NCBI RefSeq assembly: GCF_000016745.1 | Contig: NC_009483.1 | Location: forward strand, 2,010,001 to 2,042,000 | Length of the DNA: 32,000 bases | Source of the DNA: Geotalea uraniireducens Rf4 | Lineage (GTDB): Bacteria > Desulfobacterota > Desulfuromonadia > Geobacterales > Geobacteraceae | Reading direction: 5' to 3' | In this document: positions 1-9,235 of the stretch, one piece after another | How the letters are laid out: each line of letters starts with the position of its first letter | How positions within the stretch are numbered: position 1 is the stretch's first letter | The notes under the pieces: generated by a model | Told to the model about the DNA's origin: nothing | Database searches by the model: none | What the model saw: the letters and a program-made list of their open reading frames with translations, nothing else | Translations under genes and position numbers: made by a program

Positions 1-723
1 CCTTTTACCGACAGTGACGGTTCCCCTCTAACGCTGGAGCTGGGGATCGACATCACGGAGCGGATCGCGGCAGAGGAGCAGACAAAGGCGTCTCTCAAGG
101 AAAAAGAGGTGTTGCTGAAGGAAATCCACCATCGCGTCAAAAATAATCTCCAGGTCATCTCCAGCTTGCTCAATCTTCAATCCCGCCATATCCACGATCA
201 GCGGGATGTGGATATGTTCATGGACAGTCAGAACCGCGTTAAATCCATGGCCCTTATCCATGAAAACCTCTATCAGACCAAGAACCTGGCGCGCATTGAT
301 TTTGCAGGATACATCCGCAAACTTTCCGCGAATCTGTTCAGATCCTACGGAATCAACATCAATGCCGTTAATCTTAATCTCAACATAGCCGATGTCTCTC
401 TTGGCATAGATACGGCTGTTCCATGCGGCCTGATGATCAACGAGCTGGTTTCCAACTCATTGAAACACGGATTCCCACAGGGTAGAAAAGGGTCAATCGA
501 CATCGAATTGCTGACGGATTACGCCGGCAACCATACCCTGATCGTCAGGGATAATGGTGTCGGATTTCCGGCGGACCTGGATTTTCAATCAACTGAATCA
601 CTTGGTCTGCAACTGGTAGGAACCTTGACCGAACAGATTGGCGGTAGTATTGTCCTTGACAGGGAAAACGGCACGGAATTCAGGATAAATTTCAAAGAAT
701 TGAAATACAAGGAGCGGGTATAA
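1..723 (+). CDS. sensor histidine kinase, C-terminal part (end of a PAS domain, HisKA_2-type phosphoacceptor, HATPase_c); the 5' end lies outside the window
   Basis: Frame 1 is open from base 1 (PFTDSDGSPLTLELGIDITERIAAEE...) and runs into the listed ORF. H-box EIHHRVKNNLQVISSLL, N-box LMINELVSNSLKHGF, G-boxes DNGVGFP and GLGLQLV. Stop TAA at 721-723. Confidence 0.85.
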   Translation, partial: PFTDSDGSPLTLELGIDITERIAAEEQTKASLKEKEVLLKEIHHRVKNNLQVISSLLNLQSRHIHDQRDVDMFMDSQNRVKSMALIHENLYQTKNLARIDFAGYIRKLSANLFRSYGININAVNLNLNIADVSLGIDTAVPCGLMINELVSNSLKHGFPQGRKGSIDIELLTDYAGNHTLIVRDNGVGFPADLDFQSTESLGLQLVGTLTEQIGGSIVLDRENGTEFRINFKELKYKERV

Positions 724-819
724 GATTGTGGCCTGTGTTTCCACCTTGGAAACGGCATATTCCCCGGTGATTTATTGTGTTGGAGAATGGCGTGTAAATG
801 TGATTGGGTGTACATGTGA

Positions 820-2619
820 TTGAATCGGTGCAGGGGGAGTTTTATGGAGTCAGCAGTACACGGAGAAGAAGCGTCTTGTATGGACATGACCCTACAGGGC
901 AAAATGATGGGATGTGAAGCATTTGATGACATGGAAACCTTGATGGACGAATCTTTTCCTACCAGGATACTGGTCGTCGAAGATGAAAGCATCGTAGCCA
1001 AGGATATACAGACTACTTTGCAGTCCCTCGGCTATTCGGTTCCTGCCGTTGTTTCTTCCGGGGAAGCGGCGATAGACAGGGCGGCTGTCTCCGACCTTGA
1101 TCTTGTGCTGATGGATATTGTCCTGAAGGGGGAGATGGATGGGGTAGAAGCTGCTGAACACATCTATGGAAACTTCAATATACCGGTTATCTATCTGACT
1201 GCTTATGCCGATGACCATACTTTGCGGCGTGCAAAAACGACTACCCCTTTCGGATACATACTTAAGCCGTTTGAAGAAAGAGAGCTGCAGACCGCCATCG
1301 AGATAGCACTATACCGGCACAAGATGGAGAATAAGCTAAAAAGGTCCGAGGCGGAATTACGCCATCAATTGGCAATAGAAAACATAATTGCCAATATCTC
1401 TGCAAAATTCATCAATCTGGGGACGGACGAAATCGAGGCCGGCATTAACCATGCCCTCCAGGCTGTCGGAGAATTTGCCGAAGTGGATCGTAGTTATGTT
1501 TTTACGATTTCAGACGATGGTACGATAATGAACAATTCCCACGAATGGTGTGCAGCAGGCATTGAGCCGCAAATGGATAACCTTCAAGGGATGTTGTTGG
1601 ACGAATTTACCTGCCTGGCAAGGAAACTGAAAAACTACGAGATAATTCACTTCCCGTCCATAGCCGCGTTTACCCCTGAAAACCATGCCGAATTCGAGTG
1701 TCTCCAAAAACAGGGGATCCAGTCGCTTATCATCGTCCCCATGGTCTGTCGTGGTGCTCTCTTCGGTTTTGTCGGTTTCGATTCGGTCCGCCGGGAAAAG
1801 ATGTGGCAGGAAAACGACATCACCCTGTTGAAGATGCTGGCGGAGATTTTTGCAAATACCCTCGACCGCAAGCGCGTGGAGGACGAGGTCGGTTGTCTGA
1901 ATGCGGAACTTGAGCAGAGGGTTGCAGAGCGGACGATGCAACTGGAAACTGCCAACAGGGAGCTTGAATCTTTCAGTTATTCCGTTTCCCACGATTTGCG
2001 CGCTCCACTGCGCCACATCAATGGTTTCAGCCAGGCGCTTCTCGTCGATTATGCCGAAAAGCTGGACGAGCAGGGACAGGACTATCTGAACCGGGTTTGC
2101 GCCGCAAGCAACCGGATGGGGCAGCTCATTGACGACTTGCTTGAGCTCTCCCGCGTTACGCGGAGCCAGATGCGCTGCGAACCGGTAAACCTGAGCGAAC
2201 TGGTCGGGACCATTGCCGAGATGCTCCAGGAAACGTCGCCGGAAAGAAAGGTGACGTTTCTAATGGCCCCGGATGTCGTCGTCAATGGCGATAACCGGCT
2301 GTTGCGTCTGGTCATGCAGAACTTAATCGACAACGCCTGGAAATATACCTCCAAAAAAGATTCTGCTACCATTGAGTTCGGCATTACCGAGGCAGAAGGG
2401 GAGAGGGCCTATTTTGTCCGCGATGACGGCGTCGGCTTCGACATGGCGTACGCCGACAAACTGTTCGGTGCATTCCAGAGGCTTCACGGCAGCGGTGATT
2501 TTGAAGGTACCGGTATCGGTCTGGCCACAGCCCAGCGTATTATCCACCGCCACGGCGGTCGTGTCTGGGGAGAGGGTGACGTCGGCAGGGGGGCGACATT
2601 TTATTTTACCCTGCAATAA
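820..2619 (+). CDS. hybrid sensor: receiver (REC) domain, GAF domain, HisKA and HATPase_c histidine kinase
   Basis: REC motifs are [16 protein letters not shown] and ILKPF. A GAF-like segment follows (EVDRSYVF...IIVPM). The H-box is [16 protein letters not shown] and the ATPase boxes are [16 protein letters not shown] and GTGIGLA. The true start is probably an internal ATG (931 or 943) just before the REC domain. Confidence 0.85.
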   Translation: MNRCRGSFMESAVHGEEASCMDMTLQGKMMGCEAFDDMETLMDESFPTRILVVEDESIVAKDIQTTLQSLGYSVPAVVSSGEAAIDRAAVSDLDLVLMDIVLKGEMDGVEAAEHIYGNFNIPVIYLTAYADDHTLRRAKTTTPFGYILKPFEERELQTAIEIALYRHKMENKLKRSEAELRHQLAIENIIANISAKFINLGTDEIEAGINHALQAVGEFAEVDRSYVFTISDDGTIMNNSHEWCAAGIEPQMDNLQGMLLDEFTCLARKLKNYEIIHFPSIAAFTPENHAEFECLQKQGIQSLIIVPMVCRGALFGFVGFDSVRREKMWQENDITLLKMLAEIFANTLDRKRVEDEVGCLNAELEQRVAERTMQLETANRELESFSYSVSHDLRAPLRHINGFSQALLVDYAEKLDEQGQDYLNRVCAASNRMGQLIDDLLELSRVTRSQMRCEPVNLSELVGTIAEMLQETSPERKVTFLMAPDVVVNGDNRLLRLVMQNLIDNAWKYTSKKDSATIEFGITEAEGERAYFVRDDGVGFDMAYADKLFGAFQRLHGSGDFEGTGIGLATAQRIIHRHGGRVWGEGDVGRGATFYFTLQ

Positions 2620-2637
2620 ATCTCCGACCCCCGCTTC

Positions 2638-2666
2638 TTGACACTGACCGGCCTGTATGTTACTAA
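2638..2666 (+). promoter_or_regulatory. candidate sigma70 promoter for the trp cluster
   Basis: TTGACA at 2638-2643, a 17-nt spacer, then TACTAA at 2661-2666, about 58 nt upstream of the trpE ATG. The -10 element is weak because its last base is A. Confidence 0.3.
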
Positions 2667-2723
2667 AGATAGGCTAAGGTTATGGTTTCATTACCTCAAC
2701 CACTACCTGTTTGGGGAGCCTCC

Positions 2724-4199
2724 ATGTATTATCCCGATTTTGCATCGTTTCAATCCCTCACTGCCCAGGGCAATCTCATTCCCGTTTATCGTGAGATAAT
2801 GGCTGATCTGGATACGCCGGTCAGCGCCTTCAAAAAAATCGACGACGGCAGATATGCCTTTCTCCTGGAGAGTATCGAAGGGGGCGAGAAATGGGCGCGT
2901 TACACCTTTCTCGGTTCAAACCCCTCCGTGGTGATCCGCACCCTCGGCAACAAGGTGGAGATTCTCGAAGATGGCGCTTCACGGCAGGAAGAGACGGCGG
3001 ACCCGCTCGGGTTTGTCAAGGATTACCTCAAGCGTTACCAGCCGGTGGCCCTAGACGGCATTCCCCGCTTTTTCGGCGGCGCGGTCGGTTATCTCGGCTA
3101 CGACATGGTCCGCCATTTCGAGCATCTTCCAACGACCAGACCGGCGCTGATCGAGGCCTACGACTCCTATTTCGTCATCACCGATACCATACTCATCTTC
3201 GACAACGTCAGCCAGAAGATCAAGGTGGTCTCCAACGCCCACCTGGACGGGGGACGATCGGCAGAGGACGCCTACGCCGAGGCTACGGCCAAGATCGACA
3301 CCCTCATCAAAAAGCTGAAGACACCCCTTCCGGCCATGCCGTCCACTCCCCCTGCCAAAAAGGTCTCCTTTACTTCCGGCGTAAGCCGTGCGGAGTTCGA
3401 GCAGGCGGTGGAAAAGGCCAAAGAGTACGTGCGCTCCGGCGACATTTTTCAGGTCGTCCTGTCGCAACGTTTTTCCGGCGAACTGACCGTCGATCCCCTC
3501 GATATCTACCGGGTGCTCCGCACCCTCAACCCTTCACCGTACATGTTCTTTCTCCGTCTGGACGACACCCTGGTGGTAGGGGCTTCGCCGGAAGTGATGG
3601 TGCGCAGGGAAGGGGGACGGGTCGAGCTGCGCCCCATAGCCGGCACCAGGCCGCGCGGGGCAACGCCGGAAGAGGATACCGCCTATGAGCTGGAAATGCT
3701 CTCCGACCCAAAGGAGCGGGCCGAGCATGTCATGCTCGTCGATCTGGGGAGGAATGATCTGGGAAGGGTCTGCAAAACGGGGACGGTGCGCGTGTCCGAG
3801 CTGATGGTCGTGGAGCGCTACTCCCACGTCATGCATATCGTCTCCAATGTCCAGGGCGAGCTGGAGCAGGGGAAGGACGCCTTTGACGTGGTCCGGGCGA
3901 CGTTTCCGGCCGGGACCCTTTCCGGCGCGCCAAAGGTGCGCGCCATGCAGATCATCGACGAGCTGGAGCCGGTGCGGCGCGAGATCTACGGCGGCGCGGT
4001 CGGCTATTTCTCCTTTTCCGGCAACATGGACCTGGCCATAGCCATCAGGACACTGGTGATAAAGGACGGCAGGGTCCATCTCCAGGCGGGTGCCGGGATC
4101 GTGGCCGATTCGGTCCCTTCCGCCGAGTACCAGGAGTCGGTGAACAAGGCGATGGCAGTGGTGAAGGCCATCGAAGCGGTGGAAAAAGGTTTGGACTAA
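2724..4199 (+). CDS. trpE: anthranilate synthase component I
   Basis: The protein is TrpE-like along its full length (LLESIEGGEKWARYTF, IFQVVLSQRF, NPSPYMFF, GTRPRG, LSGAPKVRAMQII, RGIYGGAVGYF). ATG 2724 is preceded by GGGGAG and is preferred over ORF start 2682. Confidence 0.95.
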   Translation: MYYPDFASFQSLTAQGNLIPVYREIMADLDTPVSAFKKIDDGRYAFLLESIEGGEKWARYTFLGSNPSVVIRTLGNKVEILEDGASRQEETADPLGFVKDYLKRYQPVALDGIPRFFGGAVGYLGYDMVRHFEHLPTTRPALIEAYDSYFVITDTILIFDNVSQKIKVVSNAHLDGGRSAEDAYAEATAKIDTLIKKLKTPLPAMPSTPPAKKVSFTSGVSRAEFEQAVEKAKEYVRSGDIFQVVLSQRFSGELTVDPLDIYRVLRTLNPSPYMFFLRLDDTLVVGASPEVMVRREGGRVELRPIAGTRPRGATPEEDTAYELEMLSDPKERAEHVMLVDLGRNDLGRVCKTGTVRVSELMVVERYSHVMHIVSNVQGELEQGKDAFDVVRATFPAGTLSGAPKVRAMQIIDELEPVRREIYGGAVGYFSFSGNMDLAIAIRTLVIKDGRVHLQAGAGIVADSVPSAEYQESVNKAMAVVKAIEAVEKGLD

Positions 4200-4202
4200 A
4201 AA

Positions 4203-4270
4203 AAGGATCGAGGTACGAGGAGCGAGGATCGAGGTTTTTATAAATCCTTGTGCCTCGTACCTCGATCCTT
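4203..4270. repeat. intergenic heptad array with a perfect 18-bp inverted repeat
   Basis: Four tandem NNCGAGG heptads lie at 4207-4234 (atcgagg tacgagg agcgagg atcgagg). Arms 4203-4220 (aaggatcgaggtacgagg) and 4253-4270 (cctcgtacctcgatcctt) are exact reverse complements. Confidence 0.85.
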
Positions 4271-4299
4271 GTTCCTGAAAAATGCGGAGCATTGAAAAC

Positions 4300-4875
4300 A
4301 TGTTATTAATGATCGACAACTACGACTCCTTCACCTACAACCTGGTCCAGTATTTCGGAGAACTGGGTGAAGATGTCCGGGTCTTTCGCAACGACAAGAT
4401 CACCCTCGAGGAGATCGAGGCGCTCGCCCCCGAGCGGATCGTCATCTCTCCCGGCCCCTGTTCTCCGGATGAAGCGGGCATCTCCCTGGCACTGATCCGG
4501 CATTTTGCGGGCAAGATCCCGATCTTCGGCGTCTGTCTCGGCCATCAATCCATTGGTGCTGCCTTCGGCGGCGAGGTGGTGCGCTGCGATTACCTCATGC
4601 ACGGCAAGACCTCCCTCATTCACCATGACGGCAAAGGACTTTTCGCGGGGCTTTCCAACCCGTTCGAGGCGACCCGCTACCATTCCCTGGTGGTGGAGCG
4701 TTCATCGCTTCCCGACTGCCTGGAGATCACCGCCTGGGTGGAGGAAGGGGACATTATGGGGCTACGCCATCGTCAATTCCCCATCTGGGGGGTGCAATTC
4801 CATCCCGAATCGATCCTCACCGTCGGCGGCAAGGACATCCTGCGGAATTTCCTGGAGATGACGAAAACCGTGTAG
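4300..4875 (+). CDS. trpG: anthranilate synthase component II (glutamine amidotransferase)
   Basis: [18 protein letters not shown] is the typical N-terminus. The catalytic motif is GVCLGHQ and the C-terminal motif is VQFHPES. GGAG lies 10 nt upstream of ATG 4300; the ORF track start is 4282. Confidence 0.93.
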   Translation: MLLMIDNYDSFTYNLVQYFGELGEDVRVFRNDKITLEEIEALAPERIVISPGPCSPDEAGISLALIRHFAGKIPIFGVCLGHQSIGAAFGGEVVRCDYLMHGKTSLIHHDGKGLFAGLSNPFEATRYHSLVVERSSLPDCLEITAWVEEGDIMGLRHRQFPIWGVQFHPESILTVGGKDILRNFLEMTKTV

Positions 4876-4914
4876 GGGCGGGGTTGCCCCGCCCCGGGCG
4901 TGTAGACCACGCCC
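4875..4914. repeat. two adjacent GC-rich hairpins between trpG and trpD
   Basis: The first hairpin is ggggcgggg (4875-4883), ttg, ccccgcccc (4887-4895). The second is gggcgtg (4896-4902), tagac, cacgccc (4908-4914). There is no T-run. The region overlaps the trpG stop and precedes the trpD RBS. Confidence 0.75.
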
Positions 4915-4927
4915 TACAGGAGGATTG

Positions 4928-5980
4928 ATGATCAAGAAAGCCATTGCCAAGGTTGTGGAACGGGAAGACCTCACGGAAAGCGAGATGATCCAGGTCATGG
5001 ACCAGGTCATGTCCGGCGAGGCGACACCGGCCCAGATCGCCGCATTCATCACCGCCCTGCGCATGAAGGGTGAGACGGTGGCAGAGATCACCGGCGCGGC
5101 GCGGGTCATGCGGGACAAGGTTACCCGCATCCGGGTCGGTAAAAACATTCTCGACATGGACCGGGACGATATCAATGTCGATCTGGAGACCATCCTTGAT
5201 ACGTGCGGCACTGGCGGCAGCTGCACCAACACCTTCAACGTCTCCACCACTGTAGCATTCGTGGTCTCCGCCTGCGGCGTGAAGGTGGCCAAGCACGGCA
5301 ACCGCTCGGTCTCCTCTGCCTGCGGCAGCGCCGACGTGCTCGAATCCCTCGGTGTCAATCTGGACGTGACCCAGGAAACCATTGAGCGGTGCATTAACGA
5401 GATCGGCATCGGTTTCCTCTTCGCTCCCGCCCTCCACGGGGCCATGAAGTACGCCATCGGCCCGCGCAAGGAGATCGGCATCCGCACCATCTTCAATATC
5501 CTCGGCCCCCTTACCAACCCGGCCGGCGCCGGTTGCCAAGTGCTCGGCGTTTACCGCGAAGACCTGGTGGAAAAGCTTGCCCACGTCCTGAAAAATCTCG
5601 GCTGCAAGCGTGGATTTGTCGTCCATGGTCAGGACGGCATGGATGAGATGACCCTGACTGCCGAGACGCGTATCGCCGAGGTCACCCCCGCCGGTGTCGC
5701 GACCAGGCTTTTCAGGCCCGAAGAACTGGGACTGTCCCGGTGCGGCATGGATGACCTGCGCGGCGGCGATGCGGCTGCAAATGCGGTGATAGTGCGGCGT
5801 GTTCTGGAGGGAGAAAAGGGGCCGAAGCGGGACATCGTCCTCTTGAATGCGGCCTTTGGCCTTGTTGCCGCCGGCCGGGTCGTTGATCCGGCAGCAGGGC
5901 TCACCATGGCTGCCGAGGCGATCGACTCAGGTAAAGCGCTGGCCCAGCTGGAAAAGCTGGTCAAACTAACCAACGAATGA
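4928..5980 (+). CDS. trpD: anthranilate phosphoribosyltransferase
   Basis: Motifs are [30 protein letters not shown] and [13 protein letters not shown] 4928 follows GGAGG (4919-4923). The ORF track start at 4925 is a TTG. Confidence 0.95.
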   Translation: MIKKAIAKVVEREDLTESEMIQVMDQVMSGEATPAQIAAFITALRMKGETVAEITGAARVMRDKVTRIRVGKNILDMDRDDINVDLETILDTCGTGGSCTNTFNVSTTVAFVVSACGVKVAKHGNRSVSSACGSADVLESLGVNLDVTQETIERCINEIGIGFLFAPALHGAMKYAIGPRKEIGIRTIFNILGPLTNPAGAGCQVLGVYREDLVEKLAHVLKNLGCKRGFVVHGQDGMDEMTLTAETRIAEVTPAGVATRLFRPEELGLSRCGMDDLRGGDAAANAVIVRRVLEGEKGPKRDIVLLNAAFGLVAAGRVVDPAAGLTMAAEAIDSGKALAQLEKLVKLTNE

Positions 5981-5998
5981 ATTGCGATTGGATGACCC

Positions 5999-6805
5999 AT
6001 GGTTGATACACCCGACATACTGAAGAAAATCGTCGCCTACAAGGATGGCGAGCTGGCCGCTGTCAAGGCTGCGCGACCGCTCTCCGAAGTTAAGGCAAGG
6101 CTCGCCGGACTGGAAGACCATCCGCGGGGGTTTGCGCGGGCGCTGCGGGACGCCGGCCGGTCGGGCTGGACCCCGGTGATTGCCGAAGTGAAGAAGGGGT
6201 CTCCCTCGAAAGGGGTCATTCGCCCTGATTTCGACCCGCTTGCAATCGCAGAAACCTATCAGGAAAACGGCGCGGTCTGCCTTTCCGTGCTCACCGATGA
6301 ACACTTTTTCCTCGGCCACTTGAGCTACCTGGCGCTGATCCGGGAGCGGATAACTCTGCCTCTTTTGCGCAAGGATTTCATTTTCGACCCCTACCAGATA
6401 TACGAGGCACGGGCTGCCGGTGCGGACGCCGTTCTCCTCATTGCCGCCATGCTTGACCTCCACCAGTTGCGGGATTTTGCCGCACTGGCCGGAGAGCTTT
6501 CCCTGGATGTGCTTCTTGAGGTCCATGACGAGGCTGAACTGGAAACGGCCCTTGAAACCGATTGTGAGCTGATCGGCATCAACAACCGCGACCTCCGTTC
6601 GTTTGTCTGCGATCTCGCCACCACGGAGCGGCTGGCCAGGCTTATCCCCGCAGAACGGCTGATCGTGGCGGAGAGCGGCATCAACACCCGGGCCGATATC
6701 ATCCGCCTGCAGGATGCCGGGGCCGGCGCTTTCCTCATCGGCGAGTCGCTCATGCGGGAACCGGATATGGGGGCGAAGCTGCGGGAGCTTTTAGGCACAC
6801 TTTAA
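5999..6805 (+). CDS. trpC: indole-3-glycerol-phosphate synthase
   Basis: Motifs are VIAEVKKGSPSKG, LSVLTDEHFF, LRKDFI, IGINNRDL, ESGI and FLIGESLM. Confidence 0.95.
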   Translation: MVDTPDILKKIVAYKDGELAAVKAARPLSEVKARLAGLEDHPRGFARALRDAGRSGWTPVIAEVKKGSPSKGVIRPDFDPLAIAETYQENGAVCLSVLTDEHFFLGHLSYLALIRERITLPLLRKDFIFDPYQIYEARAAGADAVLLIAAMLDLHQLRDFAALAGELSLDVLLEVHDEAELETALETDCELIGINNRDLRSFVCDLATTERLARLIPAERLIVAESGINTRADIIRLQDAGAGAFLIGESLMREPDMGAKLRELLGTL

Positions 6806-6843
6806 GCCCGCCACAGAGATACGGCAAACTGCGAAACCTCTTT

Positions 6844-7004
6844 ACCGCAAAGGACCCAAAGGGCCTGAAGCGCAAAGAGCGCAAAGAGCGCAAAGGAGAA
6901 ACAAAAAACTCCGATGGCTTTACTTCTGGAATCCGTAATGATTTTCGGTTATTCAGGTTATCTTCGCGTGCTTAGCGCTTCAGGCCCTTTGGGTCCTTTG
7001 CGGT
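6844..7004. repeat. 161-bp element bounded by perfect 30-bp inverted repeats, with an internal nonamer triplet
   Basis: Arms 6844-6873 (accgcaaaggacccaaagggcctgaagcgc) and 6975-7004 (gcgcttcaggccctttgggtcctttgcggt) are exact reverse complements separated by 101 nt. The nonamer agcgcaaag occurs 3 times at 6869-6895. Confidence 0.9.
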
Positions 7005-7052
7005 TCAAAGATTTGTTTTTGCCTTGAAATATCAATGTGTTGGGAGGTTGTG

Positions 7053-8405
7053 ATGAACACCAAGATCATGCTCAATGAAGATCAGATCCCGAAACAGTGG
7101 TACAACATCATTCCCGACATGCCGGGGCCGCTGGCGCCGGTGATAAATCCCCGGACCCTCAAGCCGGTGACGCCTGAAGATATGCTCGCCATCTTTCCCC
7201 TGTCGATCATCGAGCAGGAAATGTCCCCCCAGCGCTGGATCGACATCCCCGACGAAGTTCGCGAGATTTACAAGCTCTGGCGTCCCTCGCCGCTCTACCG
7301 GGCACACAGGTTGGAGCAGGCTCTCGGTACGCCGGCAAAGATCTATTACAAATACGAAGGGGTGTCGCCGGCCGGTTCCCATAAACCCAACTCCGCCATA
7401 CCCCAGGCCTGGTACAACAAGCAGGCCGGTATCCGCCGCCTCGCTACCGAAACCGGGGCCGGGCAGTGGGGGAGCTCCCTGGCCCTGGCATGCAGCATGT
7501 TCGGCCTGGAGTGCACGGTTTACATGGTCAAGGTGTCATGCTCCCAGAAGCCGTACCGCAAGAGCATGATGCAGCTCTGGGGGGCGAACGTCATTCCCTC
7601 CCCGTCCGAGTTCACCAATGCCGGGCGCGCCATCCTGGCCCACGACCCGGACAACATGGGGAGCCTCGGCATTGCCATCTCGGAGGCGGTGGAAGACGCG
7701 GCCAGCCACGCCGACACCAACTATGCGCTCGGCAGCGTCCTCAACCACGTATGTCTCCACCAGACCGTTATCGGCCAGGAGGCGAAGGAGCAGATGAAGA
7801 TTGCCGGCGATTACCCGGACGTGGTCATTGCCTGCTGCGGCGGCGGCTCGAACTTCGCCGGGCTCACCTTCCCCTTCATTGCCGACCGGGCCGCGGGGAA
7901 GAAGGTGCGCTGTCTCGCCGTGGAGCCTGCTTCCTGCCCGACCCTCACCAAGGGTATCTACGCCTTCGATTACGGCGACACGGCCAAGATGGCCCCGATA
8001 TCCATGATGTACACCCTCGGGCACGATTTCATGCCGCCGGGAATCCATGCCGGCGGCCTTCGCTACCACGGCGATTCGCCGCTGGTTTCACAGCTTTACC
8101 ACGCCGGGGAGATAGAGGCTAAGAGCTACAAGCAGAACGCCTGCTTCGAGGGTGCAGTGCTGTTCGCCCGGAGCGAAGGGATCGTGCCGGCGCCCGAGTC
8201 GTCCCACGCCCTCAGGGCTGCCATCGACGAGGCGGTCCTGGCCAAGGAGGAGGGGAAGGAAAAAACCATCCTCTTCGGTCTTTCCGGCCATGGCCAGCTG
8301 GATATGGGTGCTTACGACGCCTATTTGTCCGGGGCGCTGGAGGATTACGAGTACCCGGAGGAAAAAATCAGAGAGGCGCTGGAGAGGTTGCCGAAAGTAG
8401 GTTAA
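7053..8405 (+). CDS. trpB: tryptophan synthase beta chain, long TrpB2-type
   Basis: The protein is about 450 aa with the TrpB2 N-terminal extension ([18 protein letters not shown]). Motifs are [26 protein letters not shown] and [16 protein letters not shown] lies 5 nt before ATG 7053. Confidence 0.92.
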   Translation: MNTKIMLNEDQIPKQWYNIIPDMPGPLAPVINPRTLKPVTPEDMLAIFPLSIIEQEMSPQRWIDIPDEVREIYKLWRPSPLYRAHRLEQALGTPAKIYYKYEGVSPAGSHKPNSAIPQAWYNKQAGIRRLATETGAGQWGSSLALACSMFGLECTVYMVKVSCSQKPYRKSMMQLWGANVIPSPSEFTNAGRAILAHDPDNMGSLGIAISEAVEDAASHADTNYALGSVLNHVCLHQTVIGQEAKEQMKIAGDYPDVVIACCGGGSNFAGLTFPFIADRAAGKKVRCLAVEPASCPTLTKGIYAFDYGDTAKMAPISMMYTLGHDFMPPGIHAGGLRYHGDSPLVSQLYHAGEIEAKSYKQNACFEGAVLFARSEGIVPAPESSHALRAAIDEAVLAKEEGKEKTILFGLSGHGQLDMGAYDAYLSGALEDYEYPEEKIREALERLPKVG

Positions 8406-8407
8406 AA

Positions 8408-8525
8408 GCGGTCGGCGGTCGGCGGTTTTCAACGCAACGGTGTTGCAACATTTTACCTCGAACTTCGAACTTCGAACCTAGAACCTAGAACCTAGAACCT
8501 AGAACCTCGAACCTCGAACCTCGCT
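8408..8525. repeat. two heptad tandem arrays downstream of trpB
   Basis: The unit gcggtcg occurs 2 times plus a partial copy at 8408-8428. Ten contiguous heptads lie at 8456-8525 (cctcgaa, cttcgaa x2, cctagaa x4, cctcgaa x2, cctcgct). Confidence 0.9.
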
Positions 8526-8543
8526 TTACAGGGGTATACACAA

Positions 8544-9155
8544 ATGACAAAGGTAAAGATCTGCGGTATAACCACGGTTGAAGATGCTCTTATGGCCATC
8601 GAGGCGGGCGCCGATGCCCTCGGGTTCGTTTTTTACGATAAATCGCCGCGCAACATCATACCTGAGCGCGCTGCAGAGATTATCGGTTCTCTTCCCCCGT
8701 TTATCCATGTTGTCGGGCTGTTCGTCCATGCCCATCTCGATTTTGTCAATGCCACGGCTGACCGGTGCCGGCTGGACATCGTACAGTTGCATGGCGATGA
8801 ATCCCGGGAGTTCTGTTCCCGGGTGAACAGGCGGGTGATAAAGGCCTTCCGCGTCAAGGACATCACCAGTCTTGACCGGATGGAAGAGTACCGGGTGGCC
8901 GGCTATCTGCTTGACGCATACTCTCCCAAGGCCTTTGGCGGTACGGGAATAACATTCAACTGGGATACGGCGGTGGTGGCCAAGAAGTTCGGGCCCATTA
9001 TTCTGGCCGGTGGGCTCACTCCCGATAACGTGACAGAGGCGATCGGGCATGTTTCTCCCTATGGCGTCGATGTTTCGAGCGGTGTCGAGTCCGCCCCCGG
9101 CGTGAAGGACCCGGCAAAGGTCAGGGAGTTCATCAAGAGGGCCAAGGGGTTGTAA
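8544..9155 (+). CDS. trpF: phosphoribosylanthranilate isomerase
   Basis: Motifs are KICGITTVEDA, ADALGFVFYDKSPR, VQLHGDE, LLDA and GGTG...ILAGGL...GVDVSSGVE. Confidence 0.93.
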   Translation: MTKVKICGITTVEDALMAIEAGADALGFVFYDKSPRNIIPERAAEIIGSLPPFIHVVGLFVHAHLDFVNATADRCRLDIVQLHGDESREFCSRVNRRVIKAFRVKDITSLDRMEEYRVAGYLLDAYSPKAFGGTGITFNWDTAVVAKKFGPIILAGGLTPDNVTEAIGHVSPYGVDVSSGVESAPGVKDPAKVREFIKRAKGL

Positions 9156-9162
9156 AAAAACG

Positions 9163-9190
9163 GTTCTACGTTCTATGTTCTACGTTTCTG
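9163..9190. repeat. heptad tandem array downstream of trpF
   Basis: The heptads are gttctac, gttctat, gttctac and gtttctg. The unit is close to the reverse complement of the (c)ctagaa(c) unit upstream of trpF. Confidence 0.85.
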
Positions 9191-9235
9191 GTTGCAGGGA
9201 AGGAACGAAACAATTTCAGGAAAGAAGGAGTGGCA

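Noticed and set aside
2620-2723. A Trp-codon leader peptide or attenuator upstream of trpE.
   Set aside because: The only upstream ATG (2682) is in frame with trpE and the stretch has a single Trp codon. There are no tandem Trp codons and no alternative terminator or antiterminator hairpins.
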